From: a bacterium
GTDB lineage: Bacteria > Electryoneota > Electryoneia > Electryoneales > Electryoneaceae
Assembly (NCBI GenBank): GCA_043801585.1
Contig: JAZDLX010000011.1
Coordinates: 1-13,198 of the forward strand
DNA length: 13,198 nucleotides
Direction of reading: 5' to 3'
In this document: positions 7,704-13,198 of the stretch, in pieces
Layout: each line of letters starts with the position of its first letter
Position numbering within the stretch: position 1 is the stretch's first letter
The notes under the pieces: generated by a model
Database searches by the model: none
Seen by the model: only the letters and a program-made list of their open reading frames with translations
Told to the model about the DNA's origin: nothing
Translations under genes and position numbers: made by a program

Positions 7704-10700
7704 ATAGGGATAATTGTCCGACCCGCCGTTGATGGTATACCAGAGGGTCACGGCGCCGGCCATCGGCCCTGTCGAACCAAAGGGCGTCCATGTGATCTCT
7801 GTCTCGCCGTTGACCTCGAAGAAGGTGTTGGGGTTCGAGCCTGGTTCATTCATCACCAGCCTTCCACGGACCGGGAAGTCGGCGGAGACGGCCTCGGTCA
7901 GCGGGTGATCCGCATTTGCGTCTTTTGCCTTTACGTAGGTATTCGGTGAAAGAGCCGCGCCTGGAACGTTCCATGTGTTGTAAGCGGTGCCTGTGACGGG
8001 TCCCGTGGTGGTGATCAATGTCCAATCGCTTCCATTGATCGAGTAATAGAGGTCCACGGAGCTGATCGTGGAGCTCTTGGTCCATTCAATCGGCGGCGTG
8101 TCACTGACCTCGTAAGCCGTGAGCCCATCCGGCTTCGTCACTGCAAGTTTTCCTTTGATGCCGAAGGAGGTGGAGACCGCCTGGCTTGCCGGGTTGCTCA
8201 AATTGGCGTCCTTGACCTTCAAGGTGACGGTCGCCCCGATGGCCTCCGGCGGCACTGTCCAATCGACGCTGGAGACGGCAAGATTGCTGGCAATGAGCGT
8301 GTCTGCCCCGCCCACCGTGTAGTAGAGGTGGACCTCCGGCATGTTGCCGTTTTTCGACCATGCAATCGGAACTTCATCATCCACCGTGATCACGCCGCTG
8401 GGGGCGGTGGTGAATGCAAGAATTCCCTTCATATCGAAGAGGTTCGAACTCACCTCGTTGGGGGCATGATTGACAAGGTCTGCATCCTTCACTTTCAGCA
8501 GCACGTTCTTGCCGACCATGGCGGCCAGGGCATTGAAGTTGTAGCTGGTGGTTGGAGCCACGATCGGAGAGCTGTTGATCTTGACGTCATCGCCTGCTCC
8601 GATCTTATAGAAGACGTTGATATCGGTGATGTTGCCCGACACGCCCCAGCCGATCACAACAGCATCGTTCGAGGCGAAGGTTTGTCCTGAAGTGACCGCA
8701 TCACCGTCGATCGTGAAACTGTCGATGGTGATTGTCCCCTTCACGTGGAAGAGGGTGGAGGCAGACGACTCGGTGGCGGGATGACCGCTCGTGTTGGCGT
8801 CTTTAACCTTCAGGACCACGTTCCTGCCCAGCATGCCATCGGGAACATTGAAGCCGTAGGTTGTTCCGTTGATGGCGCTGGTGTTGAGTTTAAGATCGGA
8901 GCCGCCGTTTATCGAATAGTAGACGTCAAAGGAGGCGATATTTCCAGTATAGGCCCATTGGATCGAGACCGGATCGTTCACGCTCAAGGTCGTCCCTGCG
9001 GTTGCCACCGGCTGGGTCGTGATCGCGATCGTCCCCTTCATATCGAAGGCGCTGGATGGGGAAGACACGACGATAGGATGGCTGACGTCGGCATCCTTCA
9101 CCTTCAGGACGATATTCTTTCCGGTCATGGCGGCGGGCGCTGTGAAGGTGTGACTGTTCGTCCCCTCGATGGGCGTGCCGTTCACCAGCTGGTCGGCGCC
9201 GCCGTCGATCGAATACAGGACATTGAACTTCGTGATGCCGCTCGGATTCCAACCGACCACCACCGTATTCCCGGTTATGAAGGTCTGCCCGCTGGTGACC
9301 GCCTGGCCATCGACCGTGAGACTTGTGATCGCCAGGGTTCCGCTGATATCCATCGAGTTCGAAAGCGCCGTGGCCGTCGTCGGATGGTCGGCGTTCGCGT
9401 CATACGCCTTGAGGGTCACTCCGGTGCCGGTCATCTCCGGAAGCAGATTGAAACTGATCGGCAGCTGGCTCGAAGCGATCGCCGAACCGTCGCCGTTGTG
9501 GTTGATGTAGGTCTCGGCCCCGGCGATCACATAATAGAGATGATACGTATTGACCGACGCCGCGTTCGAGCTCCAGTTCATCGAGATCTCATCCCCAACC
9601 ACCTTCGCCGTGTGGTCGGCCCCGACGGGTTGAGTCGTGACCGTGAGCGCGGCCTTCACGTTGAAGGCGTTCGACGCCGGCGGGGAGAGGGCCTGCGGAT
9701 GGTTCGTCGTGTCCGCGTCCTTCACGATGACGGTGAGGCTCTTTCCGACCATGGCGCTTGCCAGGGCGAACGTGCAGCTGTTGGCCGCGATGTTCGAGCA
9801 GCCGGAGACAGCGTTCTCCGAGCCCGAGCCGATCTTGTAGACCACGTCGAAGTTCGTGAGGCCGACGTCGCTCCACTCGATCGTCCGGTTCGCGCCGCCT
9901 ATGGTCAGAGTCTCATCCGCGCTGGCCGGCTGCGCCGTGATCGCGATCGTGCCGCTGATATTCATCGAGTTCGAGGCGGCAGAGGACGAGACAGGATGCG
10001 CCGGATCATAATCCTTCACCTTGAGCCTCACGGTCTTTCCGACCATCGTGTCCACAATGCCGAACGTGCAGGATGCTGTCGCCGAGGGCACGTCGTTGCA
10101 GGCGGCGATCAGGGTGTCCGACCCGCCGTTGATCGAATAGAAGACGTCATATTTCACGATACCCGACGGCCCGCTCCACGCGATAGAGACAGCGTCTCCA
10201 GCGCTCTTCGCGGTGTCATCGGCGGGAACCGGCTGGGTCGTGAGCGTTATCGCTCCGCTGATATCCATCGAGTTTGAAAGCGCCGAGACCGTGCTCGGAT
10301 GGTCCGTGTTCGCGTCATACGCCCTCAGGCTCACTGCGGTGCCGACCATATCCGGAAGCAGAGTAAGGGTGATCGGCAGTTGGTTCGAAGCGATCGCCGT
10401 GCCGTCGCCGTTGTAGTTGATGTAGGTCTCCGCTCCGCCGATCACATAATACAGATGATACGTATTGACCGACGCCGCGTTCGAGCTCCAGTTCATCGAG
10501 ACCTGGTCCCCAACCAGCTTCGCCGTGTTGTTGCCCGGGGCGGGCTGCGTCGTGATCGTGAGCGCGCCCTTCACGTTGAAGACGTTCGAAACAAGAGGAC
10601 TCTGCACCTGCGGATGGATCGCTGTGTCGGCATCCTTCACGATAACAGTGAGATTCTTGCCGACCATGGCGTTTGCCAGGGCGAACGTGCAGCTGTTGGC

Positions 10701-13198
10701 CGCGAGGTTCGAGCAGCCGCTGACGGCGTTCTCCGAGCCCGACCCGATCTTGTAGAACACGTCGAAGTTCGTGAGGCCGACGTCGGTCCACTCTATCGTC
10801 CGGTCCGCTCCGCCGATCGTCAATGTTTCATTCGCATTCGCCGGCTGGGCAAGTATCGCGATCGTTCCGCTCACATCCATCGAGTTCGAGGCGGCAGAAG
10901 CGGTGACCGGATTGCTCATATTCGCGTCTTTCAACTTCAGGCGGACGTTCTGCCCCACCATTTCGGGCAGGATGCCCGTCGGGAAGGTGTAGGGAGAGGT
11001 GGTGATCGGGCTGGAGTTGATCTTGACCTCCGACCCGCCGTCGATCGAGTAGAAGAGGTCGTACTGGGTGATGTTGCCGGTTGTGCCCCAGCCGATCGAG
11101 AGCGGATCACCAGCGCTCTTCGCGGTGTCGTCCGCGGGCGCCGGTTGTGATGTGATCGAGAGCGTTCCGCTGATATCCATCGAGTTCGAAAGCGCCGTGG
11201 CCGTAGTCGGATGGTTCGCATTCGAGTCATACGCCTTGAGGCTCACTCCGGTGCCGACCATATCAGAAAGCAGATTGAAGCTGATCGGGAGTTGGTTCGA
11301 AGCGATCGCCGAACCGTCGCCGTTGTAATTGATGTAGGTCTCCGCCCCGCCGAGCACATAATACAGATGGTACGTATTGACCGACGCGGCGTTCGAGCTC
11401 CAGTTCATTGACACCTGGTTGCCCACCACCTTCGGAGTGTTGTCGCCCGGGGCAGGCTGGGTCGTGATCGTGAGCGCGCCCTTCACGTCGAAGGCGTTCG
11501 AAGAGGGCGGAGAGGCCACCTGGGGATGGTTCGTCGTGTCCGCGTCCTTCACGATGACGGTGACGCTCTTGCCGACCATGCCGCTTGCCAGGGCGAACGT
11601 GCAGCTGTTGGCCGCGAGGTTCGAGCAGCCGCTTACGGCGTTCTCCGAGCCCGAGCCGATCTTGTAGACCACGTCAAAGTTCGTGAGGCCGACGTCGCTC
11701 CACTCGATCGTCCGGTTCGCCCCGCCGATCGTCAATAGCTCGGCCGCGCTGGCAGGCTGGCTCGTGATCGCGATCGTTCCGCTGATGTTCATCGAGTTCG
11801 AGGCGGCAGAAACTGAAGCCGGATGCGCCGGATCATAATCCTTCACCTTGAGCCTCACGGTCTTCCCGACCATCGTATCCATGAGGCTGAACGTGCAGGA
11901 TGATGTCGCCGCAAGAATGTCATTGCAGGCGGCGATCAGGGTGTCAGACCCGCCGTCGATCGAATAGAAGACGTCGTATTTCACGATGCCCGATGGCCCG
12001 CTCCACGCGATGGAGATAGCGTCTCCAGCGTCCTTCGCGGTGTCGTCGGCGGGCGCCGGCTGGGTCGTGAGCGTTATCGCCCCGCTGATATCCATCGAGT
12101 TCGAAAGCGCGGAGACCGTCGTCGGATGATCCGCGTTCGCGTCATACACCTTGAGGCTCACTCCGGTTCCGACCATCGCAGGAAGCAGCGTGAGGCTGAT
12201 CGGAAGGTCGGCATCGGTGATAGCCGCGCTGCCGCCTTTGTAGTCGATGTAGGTCTCCGCTCCGCTGATCACATAGTAGAGATTGTAAGTGCTGACCGAC
12301 GCGGCGTTCGCGCTCCAGTTCATCGGAACCACGTCCCCAACCACCTTCGCTGTGTTGTTGGCCCCGACCGGCTGGGTCGTGATCGTGAGCGCGCCCTTCA
12401 CATTGAAGACGCTCGAAACCGGCGGGGAAAGGACCTGCGGATGCGTCGCTGTGTCGGCATCCTTCACGATGACAGTGAGGTTCTTGCCGACCATGCCGCT
12501 TGCCAGGGCGAACGTGCAGCTGCTGGCCGCAGTATTGCTGCAGCCGCTGACGGCGTTTTCGGAACCGGACCCGATCTTGTAAACCACGTCAAAGTGGGTG
12601 ACTCCGGTGCCGGTCGACCACTCGATCGTCGGGCTCGCCCCGCCGATCGTCAATGTGTCGCCCGCGCCCGCTGGCTGGGCCGTGATCGCGATCGTTCCGC
12701 TCACATCCATCGAGTTCGAGGCGGAAGAGGAGATCGCCGGGTGGGTCAGGTCGGCGTCCTTTGTCTTCAGGCGGACGTTGTTGCCCACCATCGCGGGCAG
12801 AATGCTGAAGGCATAGGGAGAGGTTGTAAGCGTCGTGGCGTTGATCTTTACATCCGACCCGCCGTCGATCGAATAGAAGACGTCGAACTTGGTGATATTG
12901 CCGACGGCGCCCCAGCCGATCGAGATCGAATCCCCAACGCTCTTCGCGGTGTCGTCAGCGGGCGCCGGCTGTGATGTGATCGAAATCGTGCCGCTGATGT
13001 CCATCGAGTTTGAAAGCGCCGTTGCCGTTGCCGGATGATCGGCGTTCGAGTCATATGCCTTGAGGCTCACTCCGGTCCCCACCATTCCCTCAAGCAGATC
13101 GAAGCTGACAGGCAGCTGAGCCGCAAGGATCGCCGAACCGTCGCCGTTGTAGTTGATGTAGGTCTCCGCCCCGCTGATCACATAATAGAGATGATACG
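7701..13198 (-). CDS. Giant secreted/surface repeat protein (Ig-like beta-sandwich array, putative adhesin), segment upstream of the in-frame TAG; 5'-partial
   Basis: The frame stays open to the window edge (YHLYY precedes the track's GTG 'start', matching other repeat copies), so the true start lies outside the window. It encodes about 19 Ser/Thr/Ala/Gly-rich domains of about 100 aa with the pattern G-x-[IL]-x-[IL]-T-x-Q-P...W...Y...K-D-A-[DN]-x(2-3)-H-P. It ends mid-domain at TAG 7701..7703. Confidence 0.9.
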   Translation of the reverse strand, partial: YHLYYVISGAETYINYNGDGSAILAAQLPVSFDLLEGMVGTGVSLKAYDSNADHPATATALSNSMDISGTISITSQPAPADDTAKSVGDSISIGWGAVGNITKFDVFYSIDGGSDVKINATTLTTSPYAFSILPAMVGNNVRLKTKDADLTHPAISSSASNSMDVSGTIAITAQPAGAGDTLTIGGASPTIEWSTGTGVTHFDVVYKIGSGSENAVSGCSNTAASSCTFALASGMVGKNLTVIVKDADTATHPQVLSPPVSSVFNVKGALTITTQPVGANNTAKVVGDVVPMNWSANAASVSTYNLYYVISGAETYIDYKGGSAAITDADLPISLTLLPAMVGTGVSLKVYDANADHPTTVSALSNSMDISGAITLTTQPAPADDTAKDAGDAISIAWSGPSGIVKYDVFYSIDGGSDTLIAACNDILAATSSCTFSLMDTMVGKTVRLKVKDYDPAHPASVSAASNSMNISGTIAITSQPASAAELLTIGGANRTIEWSDVGLTNFDVVYKIGSGSENAVSGCSNLAANSCTFALASGMVGKSVTVIVKDADTTNHPQVASPPSSNAFDVKGALTITTQPAPGDNTPKVVGNQVSMNWSSNAASVNTYHLYYVLGGAETYINYNGDGSAIASNQLPISFNLLSDMVGTGVSLKAYDSNANHPTTATALSNSMDISGTLSITSQPAPADDTAKSAGDPLSIGWGTTGNITQYDLFYSIDGGSEVKINSSPITTSPYTFPTGILPEMVGQNVRLKLKDANMSNPVTASAASNSMDVSGTIAILAQPANANETLTIGGADRTIEWTDVGLTNFDVFYKIGSGSENAVSGCSNLAANSCTFALANAMVGKNLTVIVKDADTAIHPQVQSPLVSNVFNVKGALTITTQPAPGNNTAKLVGDQVSMNWSSNAASVNTYHLYYVIGGAETYINYNGDGTAIASNQLPITLTLLPDMVGTAVSLRAYDANTDHPSTVSALSNSMDISGAITLTTQPVPADDTAKSAGDAVSIAWSGPSGIVKYDVFYSINGGSDTLIAACNDVPSATASCTFGIVDTMVGKTVRLKVKDYDPAHPVSSSAASNSMNISGTIAITAQPASADETLTIGGANRTIEWSDVGLTNFDVVYKIGSGSENAVSGCSNIAANSCTFALASAMVGKSLTVIVKDADTTNHPQALSPPASNAFNVKAALTVTTQPVGADHTAKVVGDEISMNWSSNAASVNTYHLYYVIAGAETYINHNGDGSAIASSQLPISFNLLPEMTGTGVTLKAYDANADHPTTATALSNSMDISGTLAITSLTVDGQAVTSGQTFITGNTVVVGWNPSGITKFNVLYSIDGGADQLVNGTPIEGTNSHTFTAPAAMTGKNIVLKVKDADVSHPIVVSSPSSAFDMKGTIAITTQPVATAGTTLSVNDPVSIQWAYTGNIASFDVYYSINGGSDLKLNTSAINGTTYGFNVPDGMLGRNVVLKVKDANTSGHPATESSASTLFHVKGTITIDSFTIDGDAVTSGQTFASNDAVVIGWGVSGNITDINVFYKIGAGDDVKINSSPIVAPTTSYNFNALAAMVGKNVLLKVKDADLVNHAPNEVSSNLFDMKGILAFTTAPSGVITVDDEVPIAWSKNGNMPEVHLYYTVGGADTLIASNLAVSSVDWTVPPEAIGATVTLKVKDANLSNPASQAVSTSFGIKGKLAVTKPDGLTAYEVSDTPPIEWTKSSTISSVDLYYSINGSDWTLITTTGPVTGTAYNTWNVPGAALSPNTYVKAKDANADHPLTEAVSADFPVRGRLVMNEPGSNPNTFFEVNGETEITWTPFGSTGPMAGAVTLWYTINGGSDNYPY
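9339..13198 (-). repeat. Intragenic tandem repeat, 909-915 bp unit (3 domains), with a higher-order 1824-1827 bp period (6 domains)
   Basis: The marker gtaggtctc (encoding ETY) starts at 13158, 12249, 11334, 10422 and 9507, giving spacings of 909, 915, 912 and 915 bp. Alternate units are more alike than adjacent ones. Confidence 0.95.

Noticed and set aside
8745..12974. Long plus-strand ORFs (e.g. 8745..10277 510 aa, 10299..11150, 12126..12974) and many short overlapping ORFs
   Set aside because: Antisense or alternate-frame shadows of a GC-rich, codon-biased repeat gene. They are Arg-rich, recur with the same repeat period and lack protein-like features.
1626..13198. Genome-wide TAG reassignment (e.g. 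to Gln, code 15)
   Set aside because: Only one in-frame TAG occurs in about 4,300 codons across both genes, while Gln codons are common. General reassignment would usually give many more. Rare, site-specific recoding remains possible.
9339..13198. CRISPR array, or a diversity-generating retroelement TR/VR pair
   Set aside because: The repeats are about 0.9-kb coding units without spacers. I saw no adenine-specific pattern of differences by eye, and no reverse transcriptase is present in the window.

Overview
The window is almost entirely one minus-strand operon. It holds the 3' part of a giant extracellular repeat-protein gene (1626..>13198, at least about 3,850 codons, start outside the window) and a tightly linked 474-aa gene for a protein with a signal peptide and a C-terminal membrane anchor (195..1619). 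The ORF track splits the giant gene into 7701..13181 and 1626..7661. These two pieces are in the same frame and are separated only by a single TAG (7701..7703) in the middle of an Ig-like domain. A predicted RNA hairpin follows the TAG directly, so it is either a nonsense mutation/sequence error or a stop-readthrough site. From N to C the giant protein has a young, higher-order tandem array of about 100-aa beta-sandwich domains, older PNGGE-type domains with Cys loops, two duplicated globular domains, a heptad-then-hendecad coiled-coil stalk, Gly linkers and a terminal PVIKSWFETGG. It has no recognisable standard anchor. The architecture resembles giant proteins I recall from Omnitrophota, but that is an unverified inference. 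A sigma70-like promoter at 26..54 points out of the window. I found no RNA genes, CRISPR arrays or mobile elements.
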